Assembly: GCA_963575745.1 (NCBI GenBank)
Contig: CAUYUJ010000015.1
Coordinates: 186,001 to 250,000, forward strand
Length of the DNA: 64,000 bases
DNA from: Prorocentrum cordatum
Lineage: Eukaryota
Direction: 5' to 3'
A model generated the notes under the pieces. That model did not search any database and was not told the DNA's origin. It worked only from the letters and a program-made list of their open reading frames with translations. Of this stretch, positions 45,630-58,779 are shown one piece after another (position 1 is the first letter of the stretch; the number at the start of each line of letters is the position of its first letter). Made by a program: the position numbers and the translations under genes.

Positions 45630-48600
45630 TCGTGACTTTGGGAGTATGAGCCTTGGCCGCGGCAGCCGCGGCAACAGGATTCGACATGTTGAAACCTGGC
45701 CGCGGTGGGCCAGCCGTGCATGAGAAATTTGAGCGCAGCAACTGAACGGGCAACGGTGAACGAGACGAGGATGGCCTCAATCTCAGGCCATGGCAAGTTA
45801 CGAGCATCTCTGACAGTGACCGGAAGCTATGACGCAAGCCGTTGGCAGAAGGTTCCAGCTAGACATTCGGGGTGGAGCCGTTCCCGCATAGCAAGAGGCA
45901 CGATTCTTTGGATTCGACATCGCTGGTCGCTCTGGATGGAGATGGTCTGCTGGCGGAGGGAGTCGAGAGCAGCACGAGCAGCGGCAGACAAGCTCACCCT
46001 CGGAGCGCGGGGCGAAGTGATCCGACCATGTCGAAGCTCTTGCGGGAGACCGCTGGAGGCCGCAACCAGGGATTCGGCCAGAGCGGGTTGCTTCCAGAAG
46101 GATGGGCAGAAACGATGAAATGGTAGATTGGCAAGAGAAGCTTCATCCTGCTTCCTAGGAGCAGCCGCTTTCATCGGGGCTGGACAGAACCCCCAATAGT
46201 GACACGTCGATTAGTGAATTGTCCGTTTTCGGTTCTCGAGAGGGCGCCGCGGCCGTTATTTTCCAGGCTTGCGCCCGCCAGGTTTGGGCCCGAGGTCGTT
46301 TTCACTAAACCACGTTTTGCTAAAGGGAGGTCTGTCCATCCCCGATTTCAGCTGCTCAAGTACTTGTGGCCAGATGTCCAGCGTGGATCTGCCAACGCAG
46401 ATCAGAGAAGCGCGGCACGTGGACGCCAAGCAGTGGAACTTGGGGCCGCCCCACGGTCGAAAAGATAGCTGGCCTGATCGTGGGGGCGCACAGTGCGGGA
46501 TCGTTTAAAGGACGGGCGGTGGCACTCTCTCGGCGGGGGAGGTCGCGAGGGGGGGAGGGAACTGGGCGACGTAGGCTAAGACGCTGGCCACTCTTGAGTC
46601 ATTAAGGTGCGAGGCGATCCCAGCAGGAGCACCCAGAGAAGCAAGAAGGAACCCGCGGCCAACCCATTTAGCGAAAGGCTCTCCCCGTAGTCACCGAGGG
46701 CCCCGACCGAAGGCCTAAGCATTTCAATTGGTTTCGGAAGGTGGATTCAGTCCACGACGACACGTTCGCCTGAATCCAAGAGCCATGCTCTGCCGCCACG
46801 CTGTCCAAGAACTGCTCGCTGAGAGGGACCGCGACACACCTGCTGCGCTTTAGAATCAACGACGCCACATGTGTGGCGACACGAGATATGCTTGCCAAGA
46901 TTTTGAGGGCCGTGATCTGTCTGACGGCAGCCCCCACATCACCCGCGCAGGCACGAACGACCCCGAGTCCACGATCACCCATGCGCTGCTTCACGCCCTG
47001 GATGAATGGGTCAGCAGCGATTGCAAACAGATATCCAGAACCAGGGCGCCCCTGAATGATGCCACTCAGCACGTTGAAAAGAACGACCACCTGAGATGAG
47101 ACAGCTGCATAGCAGACGACGCCATGGTATATCTCAGCCACGAAGAACAATAACAGTGATGGTCGCGTGCAAGATCTCAGTGCCACGCGCAGCCTATCGT
47201 GAGCCATCCTGGGGAAAGCTGCGCCGCAGTCGTAGCTCGCCAGTGCCGGCGCGAGCGATATGGCCGAGGGGTCCGCCGAAAAAACCTCGCACAGCCGCCC
47301 AGCTCAACCGCGTTTTGGCCGAAGCTTCGCTCCAGGACAGAGCAGCGCGGATATCGCGCAGACATTGAGGGAGGGCGCGAGAGACGACGGAAGCCAATGG
47401 AGGCGATCAGCTTGTTATCTGGCGTCTGCAGACCTAGAGGGCGTAGACTGCTGGCAGGGCGGGCGCACTTTCCAGACCCGCTCTCATCTTCTTCAGCAGG
47501 TTCGGAAACGAAGACGCCTAGGAGGGAGTTGCATCCTAACAGCGCGTGGTCACCCAAGAGTTGCCACCAGCAGGCGCGGTCCACAATGTCGATTGAGCGA
47601 GGGGCAGCCTTCCAGGCCGAGTGCGGAATGCTGCCAGGTCCTGGGGCAGACTCGGAGACGCTCTGAAGCGCCCCCCGGAAGTCCCGGATCCTGGGCGGCC
47701 CCAAGTCGGGGGGGGATGTCGGGGGGGATCCGCTCGAGGTACTAGGCGGCTGCATCTGCGTCGATGTTCTCGCGATGGAACACCCCGCCCCAATGTTCCG
47801 ATACCCCATCCCTGATCTCTGTTTGTTTCGAAACGATGTGTTGGCCAATCCTCGCCCCCGAGAGGCGCGGCCCGCGGTCGAATGGGGCCCGCGGACTCGA
47901 TCGCCGAGATCAAGCTCGAAGCCGACGGCGGGCGCGCGCCAGCTTCGCGGGGGCCGACAGCTCGGACGTGCGACGCCTTTTTTCCTCTTGCTCACTCTCT
48001 GCGCCACCCAGCTGCAGGGGGTCGAGCAACGCGCAGAATTCGCCGCGCATGCGGATGGAGAAGCAGGAGATGGATAGGCCGAGGCCCCCAAACTCTTGCC
48101 AATCATCGCAATGTAGAAGCTTAGCATCGCCCTGGAAGTCTCGGCGCCAAACCGATCTAGCAATGGCACGCAGTAGTCGGATATTAGGTTTGGGGTCTTT
48201 CGCGTTCTCTCTGAAGAAACTGTCGCGAGCCCTTGGGGCACCCTCTTGCGCGACTCCTCTGCGCGCGCTGAACTCGAGGGTGGTTGGGGGGGGGGGGGCT
48301 GCCTTGCCAAGGTTGTCTTAGGCAGCGATGACACATTCACGGAAACGAGGGCGTTGGAACAGATGACGAGGAACAGGTTGAGAGTCAGGATCAGGAGGAG
48401 GGCGAAACAGAAGCACAGCTTGAAATGCAACATGATTTGAAATCCCTCTCCGTAAAAAAGCCTCAGGAGTCTCCATCGTGGAGGCCGCGATCGACATGCG
48501 CGGGATTTGCCAGCTCGGGTCCGAGAGAAAATTCCTGCCGATTTCCGAGGCATGAACGAAAGTCATGTCATTGCGCGCGTGGTCGCGCGGATCGATGCCG

Positions 48601-49300
48601 ATCGCGGTTCCCGAGGTCGACCTCCAACCCGCCCCGTGCGAGCGACGCCATTCCTGCGCAGCCGGCGCGGGCGCAAAACTTGGCGGGGGCACGGCGGGGC
48701 ACGGCGGCTCGCTCGAGGCATTCAAGTCGCCAGCCACCGCCACGGGATAAACATGAGGAGAGGAACGAGCCAGCGCCAGGGACGCGTTGATCCTGTCCGC
48801 GATGGATCGGACTTCTTCTGCAGAGAGCTCGAAGTTGTGAGTGTTAACGTTCGTGGATGGTGACTTCGTCTGAGCACCCGCTCCGCCGCGAGCCTAACTT
48901 CGCGCGGGCATGCAAAGCTCTGCCCCGCGCCAGAGCGATGCCCGATGCTGACGATGCCACCCCGAACCCTGCCGCCGAAGCTGGGGAGGGGAAGAGAGTA
49001 GCCGCGCCATCTTCTCTCCTGGATTCGAACGCGGAGAAGTTATTCTGAAACTCATGGTTACTGAAGTGGAGAAAGTCACGCATGTCCTTGATCGATCCGC
49101 GAGTCTCCTGGACTGCGATAAACTGAAACCCCGAAGGAGGGGGCGGAGGTAATCCTGTTTACCAGAGCGGACGCGGGGTTCGCGATGAAAGGGAGAGCGG
49201 GCATTCCGCACGCAGAACTGAATTCGCATATTCTGAGAAGAGGTAGGAGGAAAGAAGCCAAACAGAGTGCTAAACACTCCACTGCGCCTCCTGGCTGGGG
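45630..49300 (-). mobile_element. Decayed L1/Tx1-like LINE (APE + RT + C-terminal Cys motif), interrupted at ~46195 by a dispersed repeat
   Basis: Minus-strand motifs AGDLN, ISNHV, SAPGPGSIPHSAW, LRPLGLQTPDNK, SGIIQGRPGSGYLF, RACAGDVG, LKCLG, HGWPTAARFQ..CCRGC. Confidence 0.75.
46200..46350 (+). repeat. Dispersed repeat, copy 2 of the 4712-4860 element
   Basis: Starts TGACACGTCGATTAGTGAATTG; colinear with 4712-4860. Confidence 0.7.
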
Positions 49301-49534
49301 CCGCTAATGAAGTCCCCGAGATGGTTGCCGATCGTCTCGCGGTCGACGCCGAGCTCCTCGCAACTGCGGCGGCCCCGCTCCGCCGCGGGGGGCTCGGCGC
49401 CCTTGGTGGTGGTGCGAAGCGACGGCTTCCAGGGGCATGAAATCTCTCATTGGTCTTGCCCATCCGTCTCGCGCTCCGCTGTCCACGCTTGCCGCTGCCA
49501 CTGTGGTGCGCCGCGCTCTCCGCGCTGGCCGCCC

Positions 49535-50860
49535 CATCCTAAACCCTAAATCTGTAATCTTATGATTACTTGACCCTGGACATCTTGGCCCCATACGCCC
49601 CTATGGCATCCGAACTCCTGCGCCCGACCATCCCTTGCAAAAAATATCATTTCCTGGCAACCCTGGATGTAAACCGGCACCATCCCTTACAACAGATACG
49701 ATTTCTTGATCATGCGTGCTGCAAGCCCTCGCCATCCCTTGCAACACATATTATGTCCTGATCATGCGCGCTGTAGACCCTCGCCATCCCTTGCAAAACA
49801 CATTATTTCCTGGCGCTCATACACCTATGAGACTTTCTTTAACAAGGAAGTACTTTCTAGGTCCCCGAAAGTTCTTCATGGTAGGGTGGCTTGCGGGTGG
49901 GACTGGCAGCCACCGCAAGTGGGCTCCTAGGCAAAAGGTGATCAGCTGCAGCAGAGCTTGTAGACCCTAGACCCTAAACCCTAACCCCATACATTCTTAA
50001 TCCTAACATTACTAAACCCTGAACACCGAAAAAACGGGTACATACGGGTACATACGGTAACATACGCCTCGGCCATGTAAACCCTCGCCATCCCATGCCA
50101 AAAAAAAGATTTCCTGATCATGCGTGCTGTAAACCCTCGCCATCCTTTGCAACAAAGATGGTTTCTTGATCATGCGTGCGGGAAACCCTCGCCATCCTTG
50201 GCAACAAATATTAGTTTCCTGACGCTCATACACCTATGAGACTTTCCTTAACCAGGAGGTACTCTTAGGTCCCCGAAAGTTCTTTATGGTAGGGTGGTTT
50301 GCGGGTGGGACTGGCAGCCACCGCAGGTGGGCTCCTAGACAAAAGGTGAGCAGCTGCGGCAGAGCTTGTAGACCCTACATCTCTAATCTTATGATTACTA
50401 AACCCGAACATCCTGGTCTCACGCCTCCTGGTGTCCATCCAACTTCCTGCACCCTACCATCCCCTGCAAACAATACGATTCCTGGTAGCTATCGGATGTA
50501 AACCGGCGCCATCCCTTGCAAGCAATACGATTTCCTGGTCACGCGTGCTGTACCCTCTCGCCATTTCTTGCAACACAGATTATGTCCTGATCATGCGTGG
50601 TGTAAACCCTCGCCATCCCTTGCAACAGATATGATTTCCTGACCATGCGTGCTGTAAACCCTCGCCATCCCTTGCAACAAAGCTGTATTTCTACACCTAT
50701 GAGATTTTCCTTAACCAGGAAGTACTCTCTAGGTCCCCGAAAGTTCTTTAAGGTAGGGTGGCTTGCGGGTGGGACTGGCAGCCACCGCAGGTTGGCTCGT
50801 AGGCAGGAGGTGATCAGCTGCGGCAGAGCTTGTAGACTCTAAACCCTAAACCCAAGCCCC
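49535..50860. repeat. Three tandem ~400-470-bp units with internal ~48-bp subrepeats and telomere-like CCCTAAA junctions
   Basis: Block CACCTATGAGA..AGGTCCCCGAAAGTTCTT..GGGACTGGCAGCCACCGCA..GCAGAGCTTGTAGAC occurs three times; CCTAAACCCTAA at ~49538, ~49972, ~50839. Confidence 0.85.
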
Positions 50861-51229
50861 CCACTTTCGGGGGCGGCTGCCGACCTGGTCGCGCCCGCCG
50901 CGGCAGTCCAGCGGCATCGGGCAGAGGCGCCGAACGAGGCGCGGAGACCTTCGGCGCGCGGGCACGCGCGAGGAGATGGGGGAGGGGAGGGGGGGGGGGA
51001 GGAGAAGGAGGCGAGAGGGGGAGGAGGGGGGAGGAAGAGGGGGGGGGAGGAAATGGGGGGGGAGGAAGGGGGGGAGGAGGAGAAGGAGCAGGAGGCGAGA
51101 ACCTTCTGGGAGCTTCCGAGAGCCTCGAGGGTGGAATTACGGCGTAGGGGCGCCAGGGGGGGAAGGGGCAACGCTGCGCCGTACGGGGTAAATTGTACAC
51201 TTGTTTTCAGCCGCATTGAAGGGCGTTAC

Positions 51230-52390
51230 AGGGTAGAGTAGAGGAGAGCAGGGTAGGAGCAGAGTAGAGCTGGAGCAGAGTAAAGATGAGCAGAGCATGA
51301 GCAAAGCAGAAGAAAGTATAGCACAGGCGATTAGAGTGGAGCAGAGTAGAGTCGACTAGGATTGAGCAGAGCAAGGTAGAGCTAGGGAAGATGGTAGAGT
51401 ATAATTGGTTCGAACAGGTTAGAGCAGAGTAGAGTAGAGCATAATGGAGCAGAGTAGATAAGAGTATAGCACGGTAGAGTTGAGTAGAACAGAGCAGGGT
51501 AGAATAGGGTAGAGTCGAGCAGATTAGAGTAGGGTAGATGGTAGCGCACCGCCAGAACGAGAGTAGAGTAGAGCAGAGTAGTACAGTAGATCACGAGCAG
51601 AGTCGGGCAGGCAGAGTCGAGGAACGTCGAGGTGGAGTAGAGCTGAGCATGAGCAGAGAACAGTAGCAGTGAGGTAGGGTAAAATAGTTTAGAGTGGGGC
51701 AGGCTAGAGTAGAGTAGGTTCGGCTTGGGTCGGTAGAGTATTGTAGGGTAGAACAGAGTAGGGTAGGACAGAGCAGGGTAAACGGTAGCGTCGAATCGGG
51801 TAGAACAGGGTAGAGTAGAGCAGAGCAAGGTTTACGGGAGTAGTGTCCACCCCAGCCCAGTCCAGTCTACGTCAGTCAACCGCAGTTTTCAACATTTCTG
51901 CTTTCTTGTTAATCTATCCGCATGGTTTTCTCTGCGTCCGCATGGTCTCCTCTGTATCCGGAAGGCTTCCACTGCTACCCGCATGGCTTCCCCTGTATCC
52001 GCATGGCTTCCTCTGCCATGCCAATGGCGTCCTGTGGTTATCCCATTCGCGCCCCAGCAATCGTCTAGCAGTCGTGGGTGGAGGTGAGTAGAGCAGAGTA
52101 GTTCCGAACAGAGAAGAAGAGACGAGTACATCAGAGCAGACTAGAGTAGAGTAGAGTAGAGTAGAACAACGTAGAGTATAATAGAGTAGGGTTGGCAGAG
52201 GAGGGTAGGGTAGAGCAGAGTTGGAGCAGGGCAGGGCAGATTAGGAACAAATCAGAGTACAGAAAAGTATATTAGAGTAGGGTCGAGTAAGATAACGTGT
52301 GGAAGGGCAGGGTCGAATGGAGTACAGCGAAGTAGATCAGAGTAGAGTACGGTGGAGTAGTGCAGAGCAGAGTAGAGTAGAGTAGGGTAG
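51230..52390. repeat. Second locus of the (GAGTA)n / 20-bp composite satellite
   Basis: Same order as at 42.6-45.1 kb: GAGTA block, GTCCACCCCAG.CCAGTC linker, CCGCATGG 20-mers. Confidence 0.85.
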
Positions 52391-55384
52391 ATGGTCAAGT
52401 GCCTCAGATGGTTGATTCGTTGCCACTGTTACAAGCTATGCATCGTATCGCTAGGGCGAGCACGTGGTAAAACCGAACAGGGTGAGGCTCCGCGACTCTC
52501 GTCCACAATTTGCCGAAGTTCTGGTATACCCCCGTAAACACGATGTGGGTGGGGCTTTTTCTGGAGTAGCTACATATTCTTCCGCGTCCTTGGCAGAGGG
52601 AGGGCGACTTCAGGGAAGAAACGGAGGCCCAGATCTGGACACGGGTTCTCTTGCGCTACCGAACCCCGAAACTACACGAGCCAGTGATGCAACAGTGGCT
52701 GCCGGATCGTTTAGACAAGCGTTGTAAAGGATGGGGTCAGCCATGTCCAGACGGCCTCTGGGATCCCCATGGCCGCTGGGGTCCTGACTCCGAGACAAGC
52801 CTGGTCCATTCGCAAACAAAGTCTGAACTGAGAGTTGCTTCCCGCGCAGGCCTCTGAGGCCCGAGGCTCGAGGTTATCAGTGTCCCACTTGAGAGCTACG
52901 CTGGAGGCGGCGCCAGCTAGAGCCTGGAGGGGCGTGGCGTGGCGGGTTTGGGGCCAGGTGCGGCGAGAGATGCCAATCCAGACACCAGCAACCATGCCAC
53001 TGGTAATCCATCCAGACAAGGTCGTCTGGATGACGCGGCGGTTTAAATCAAACTAGGGCTGCTTGTATATATCGACAGACACAGCTGCAAGGCCATGGGC
53101 TCGCGTTGGCTCAGACATTCCGGCCTCACCGGCCTCATTCGGAAGGCGGTAGCGGAGCCCACAGCCCGCCTCCAAGCTCGGCGAATCCTGACACTCACCA
53201 CTCTCCCAATCAGCACCGGGCCATCGCCAGGCACAGCGCCTGTGGGAGCGGCGTGCCGCCTTCGAAGATGGCGGCCAGCAGCGCGGGCGCCTGGCAGTAG
53301 CCACTTCGGGCAGTCGCGGAGGAAGACGACATCTTCGAGCGCGACGCTCTGGTCCCGGGCCCCCGCAAAGCACAGGTTGTCCACGTACCACGCTTGCGCG
53401 TCGTCCAGGCCCGAGGTCGACGGCCAGCCTAGCTTCGATTTCTCGACCCACCCTGAGAAGGCATGCGTGCGCTCGCAGAAGCCATTCCGATTCGCGGTCG
53501 CGGCCGAGCGGCACTCGAGGTGCGCGTGCTGGGGTAGGCCCGGGAGGAGCGCCACGCGGCGCGACGACGTCCGGCGCCGGGGCCTCCTCGCTGCGGCAGC
53601 TGCCGCCAGGGGGCCCCCCAGCGAGGTCGTCCAGATCCACGAGGTCCTCGCCGACGCGCGCGCCCGGCAAGGGGCCAACCGCGCGGGGGTCGGGGAAACC
53701 AGGATGATGGGCAGCAGCGCGATGCCAAGATAGACTTACGGGCTTCTACTAGCCGTCGGTCGGAAGAAATGGGCAGAAACATGAAGTAGGAAGGCGTTGG
53801 AAGTAGATTGGGTTTCCGCCCGCTCCCTAAAGAGAACGGAAGAGGGGAAAACCACTCGACTCTTTGAAGTAGGAAGGGGCCTAAAGTAGATTGGGATCTG
53901 GGCATCCAAAACTGCCTCCTTTCAACGACCGGCGCGTATGGTTCAAGCTAGCCGAAGAAGAGGGCCCCAGAAACTCCCGGATGGTTCCGAAAGGCTCTCA
54001 GAGCGAAAGACCGCCAAACTATTCGTGGTTGACTCTTGCCGTCATCGTCGCTGTCGTCGTCGTCGCCGTCGTTCTGATAGTCCTCCTCATCCATCTCGTC
54101 CTCCTTAGAGTCGTCCTCGATGAGGGGCAGCAGCGCGATGCCCATCCCCGGCAGTTGGGAGACGCCCGCCATCGTCTTGCAGCTTGATGTCGTTGCGGCT
54201 TCTGGTCGGGTTGTCCGTTGGGGTCCTTTCGGGCGAGATCCAGCGAACACTCGCATGAAGACGGCAGGCAAGAATCAGGGCCGCGATCTCTCGAATAATA
54301 TCCCGAATCTGACGGGCCATCGAGCAGCCCTTGCCAACTGCCAGAAATCGAGGCCCACGCTGTCGACCAGGGCTGGCCGATGGCCCGTTTGTCCCGTGGA
54401 GCGCGGCGAAGGGGGTTCGAAAGGGTGAGGTCCTCAAGACGAGTGCACGCTGGGCCCCGCCATGGAAATTTTCCCGCAATGTGCCAGGCCGCTGGGCCGG
54501 TGAAAGAAGCGTCGACCGTTTCACAGATCCTCAGGAGCTCGCTAGCCTGACGGATGTTGCCTAGCATACAGTGTGGGCGCGCATCAAGAAACCGTATACT
54601 TTTCGTCAGGGTATCCTGGGTTCCTTCGCTCCGCGCGTTGCGCGGCGACTTCCCGCAGCCGCTCAAGGAGCTGCTGCGTTCAGGGTGCTCCTGGATTCCC
54701 CTCCGGTGCACGTCGCGCGCGGGCTTTCAGGGTTGGGTTTCTTGCGAGGGCTTCTTGCGGCCGCGCCCGCCAAGGGTCGGGTTTCTTGCGCGCGGTGGCC
54801 CGCAATGCCCGGCGGGCTCCGGGATCCGCCAGCCTGCGGCCCCGCGGCCGCGGCAGGGGCGGCGCCGTGCGCGCCGACATTCTCTGCGGGGGCGGCGGCC
54901 AGGAGCACCGCGAGCAGCCGCGCGCGGGTCGGCGTCGGAGGCGTGGCTCGCGAGCCGCGGCCGCCCCGTTCTCGCAGCACCATCTCTCCGCCGCTCGGCC
55001 CCGGCGGCCGACCGGTTCGGGAGGGGCGGCGCGCGCGCTCGCCGCGGCCCCAGTGGGCGGCGCCGATGGCAGCAGGTAGCGTCGGCGAACCAGCTGGAGT
55101 CGGAGTGCGACGCCAGCGCGGGGGGAAAGGTCCTGACCAGCGTCATTTCAGTCACCGCTCCATCCCACAGACGCCGCATCTGGTGCCTGGAGGCCCTGAC
55201 GAAGGCGCAGGCTGCGCGACAGATGGAGGCCGAGCGTGCAGCAACACGAGCCCAGTCGCATATCCCAGCACTACTTTCCAAACCTGGCCTGAGCAGCGGC
55301 CGCGCCAGGAAGTCATGCGGATAGCGCTCTCGCATGGGAGGTCCTCGCATATCAGCTCCAGGACCCTCCCAAGGATGTCCCACC

Positions 55385-56100
55385 AGAGGTGGAGGACGAG
55401 GAGGATGAGGACCCGTGAAAGCCCAAGACGCATCAACGGTATAAGCATTCCCACCAAGTTCCCTCTTCACAGGTCCCTACAATAATTGGTGCTTCATTGC
55501 GGGAAGTGCCCCATTGGAGGACAACCACCTGAGAATTCTCAATCGTGCCAGAGCACCATTCCCGTGACTTCAACGCCTCGAATCAATGTAATTGTTGCGT
55601 CTTGACAATGCCAATTCGTGCGAGAACACCGTTCATGGTACGTCAACGCCCCGAATCAATGATACGGTTGTGTCTTCACGTCCTAAGTCGCGCCAGAACG
55701 CAATTCCTGCAAATTTCGACCGTTCGAATATGTGGAGCGGCTGCAAGTTGGAAACGAATGCGTGCGGCGTTCAGGCGAGAGCCGCCTCTTGAAAACCAGC
55801 CGCCCTCCATGCCTGAAGCTGCTGCAGACGTTGAGGACGACTCTGCGCGGCACGCGGGCGAGAGCCGCATTTTGAAAAGGCCCGCCCTCCGTCCTGGAAG
55901 CTTGTGCAAACGCTCCAAAACGAACGTGCGCGGCGCTCCGGCGAGAGGCACGCTTTGAGAAGGGCCCGTCCTCCACCTCCGAAGCAGATGGCAATGTGTA
56001 AGGCGAGCGCGTGCGGCGCCAAGTCGGGAGCCACATTTTGAGAACGTTCCGCCCTGCATCCTTGAGGCTGCTGTGAGGTTCAAGCTCCAGGGCCAGACAT
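55385..56100 (-). repeat. Dispersed repeat family A, copy 4 (inverted)
   Basis: The reverse complement contains GGGACCTGTGAAGAGGGAAC..GTTGATGCGTCTTGGGCTTT and CAAAATGTGGCTC subrepeats. Confidence 0.7.
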
Positions 56101-57474
56101 GGTGAGGACGTCGGAGTCTCAGGCGACATGCCCAGCCCGCCCTGCTGACGCGCCTGGGGGTGCATATGGGAGGGGCTGTTTGCAAGGAAAACGGATTGAG
56201 GAGGAGGTAGAGGGGGAGGAGAAGGAGGAGGGGGAGGAGGAAGGCAACGACGTTGAACACGACTAGGACGAGGACGGAAGGAGGGGGGAGAAGGGAGCGC
56301 AGGAGGAGGGAACATGAGAGGTTGGAAGAGGGGCGAAGCACCCCTCCCTCAAACAAAACTCGGTTCACCATCCTTCGACCCTTGATCCCCGATCGACCCT
56401 CTATCCTCGATCGGTCCTCCTTCGACCCTCGAGCTTCAAACGGCCCGATCACGTTAGATCTTCAGTGCATCGTTGCCCGATCCCTCGAGGGAGGCTTGAA
56501 GAACGATCGTTCGATCGATCCCCGATTCTCGCCGGACCCTCGAAGGGGTGGATCCCGTTCCCCTTAGATCTTTAATGCATCGTTGCCCGATCCCTCGAGG
56601 GAGGGTCGGAGATCGATCGTTCGATCGATCCCCGATCCTCGACCGACCCTCGAGGGGGTGGAGGTGGGCCAGGGGCTGCTGGGTGCCCGCGGCCCGCGCA
56701 GGCCCGAGCTGTCCCGCCAGCATGTGTCCGTCAGGGAGATCAGGCCGAGCCCGCCCCCCCCCTCCCTCGAGGGGGGGGCAGCGGTGAGGAGGGAGTGTCT
56801 CGTTCAGAGAGCCTCCTCCTCCTCCTCCTCCTCCTCCTGCTCATCCTCCTCGTCCTTCTCCTCCTCCTCCTCCTGCTCCTCCTGCTCCTCCTCCTCCTCC
56901 TCCTCCTCCTCATCCGCGTCCTCCGCCTCATTATCCCCCTCATCATCCTCCTGCTCCTCCTCCTCCTCCTCCTCCCCCACCTCCTCAGGGCAAGGAGCCT
57001 GGTGCAGCGCAGGTTGTGAGGAGACCATTCAGCGGGATCCGAGGGCTGATCGTTCGTTCGCCCGTCCGTCCGGTATTCCTCCTCCTCCTTCTCTTCCCCC
57101 TCCCCCCCACCATGGAGGAGCAATAGTGAAGGGAACCCAGGAACCAGGAATTGCCTGAAGGATCATGTTAGTTAGTAAGTGCGAGCGGGAGTCATACCTA
57201 GCTACAACATAGTTATAACTAGTTAGGCGTTTGCCTTGCACGTCTGTTTGTTGAGCTCTTCATGTTGCGTTTGTATAATAACTCGAGTTCAGAAGTAGGG
57301 GAATCTGATTGGGCTCTGCAGTGATCTGGCATCCTCTCGCATGGCATGCCGTGGACTTTGTCCAACCGAGGGCACACGGCGATTCGCAAAGGTGAAGATT
57401 TGCAACACCGAAAGTTGTATTCAATTGGGCAAGTACACGTGGTGTCGTCTTCGATTCACGCGCGGACAAGAACA

Positions 57475-58640
57475 CTACATGGTCTGAGTCTTGTACGAAG
57501 GCATTGAAACACTATCGGTAGCATCGACATGTTTAGTAAGCAACCTTAGCACTTGCGCATGCGACTCGTCGTCGTCGCACACCACGTGGAACCAAACTTG
57601 CACTGCTAAATGATCGTTGCGAAACCCCGAAAGCACGATATCACTTCGCCTGATGCGCCCATACGCTGTGTGGGCTTCTATGATTGAGGCGGTGTTCTGC
57701 GTACCAGGACGCATGCATTCCAACGCATTCAGCAACTTCTGTGTTACTGTAGTGGCGTCTTCAGACCTACTGAGATGCGCAGGGTCTTCAAGTCGTGAGC
57801 GTGCCGCGCCGTGAGTTGCACCATTAAGGCCTTCTCGGGCCGCTGCTTGCACATGTGGTATTGAGAGAAACGTTTTGCAAACTTGTGTTTGCGTTCCTGG
57901 ACGAAACAGCTCAGCGACCCATGCCGTTCAAATGTGGTTGCTGAATGGGTAGACATGTGATGCTTATAAACCCAGTACCGTTCACCGTAGGCCTGCAGAT
58001 GGCAGCGAAGATGTTTCAACACAGCTGCCTCGATCTGCGTGGTAGTGCAAGGAATGCGCCGCGCAGCCGCGATTGTCTAAACAACGACGTCTTGCAATGC
58101 CAGCATGCTTGATATCTGGGGGCCACTGCATCGGCTGCAGGCAGCCTGGCAGTGGCTTGCCGCATGTATCTACACACTCAGGTAATATTGAGAGCTCCTC
58201 CGAAGCACCCGCCTGGAGCTCAATTGTTTTCCACGCCTTGGCTTCCGAATGATGTTCGCTGGGCCACGTCCACTTGATGAAATGGTCATGCAAGTCAGTT
58301 GCATTGCATCACACAGCTTCCTGAACGCCGCATGCTCTAGCATTGCTCGCACTTCGCGGTCGAAGACACTGCTTACAAAATAAATGCGCATCCGATCGAA
58401 ACACAGGAAGGATGCAACCATAGACCTTAAACCTGGGTCCAGTGCTACGTGCTCAAGGTGGGGCTTCCGCACCTTCAGCTGAGTGATGGTCGCGCACTGC
58501 CCCACTGGGTATCCACCTCTTTGATGTCGCTCCCACTCGGGGCGAAGCCGCCCAAGAATCGCGAGGATGATCGTGCCGTCATTTCTGAGGATCTTGGAGT
58601 TGTCTAAGCGTGTGGCTGACACGTACATACCCGACGCATC
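57475..58640 (-). pseudogene. Decayed DNA transposase, CACTA/EnSpm (CMC)-like
   Basis: FDRMRIYFVSSVF (cf. DxMHxxxxG) and KHHMSTH..GSLSCFVQERKHKFAK (cf. KxHxxxH..xFxxERxxxxxK), in several frames. Confidence 0.55.
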
Positions 58641-58779
58641 GCACGCAGTGTGATCTGATTTTTACTGAACAGCTCTTGCTGATAGGTTTCTAGTGGTCTC
58701 AAAAGAGAACATCATGACTCCTCAGGGGGCCGCCGAAGCCCAAATCGCTTGGGACATCCTCGCGAAATCGCCCCTGGTG

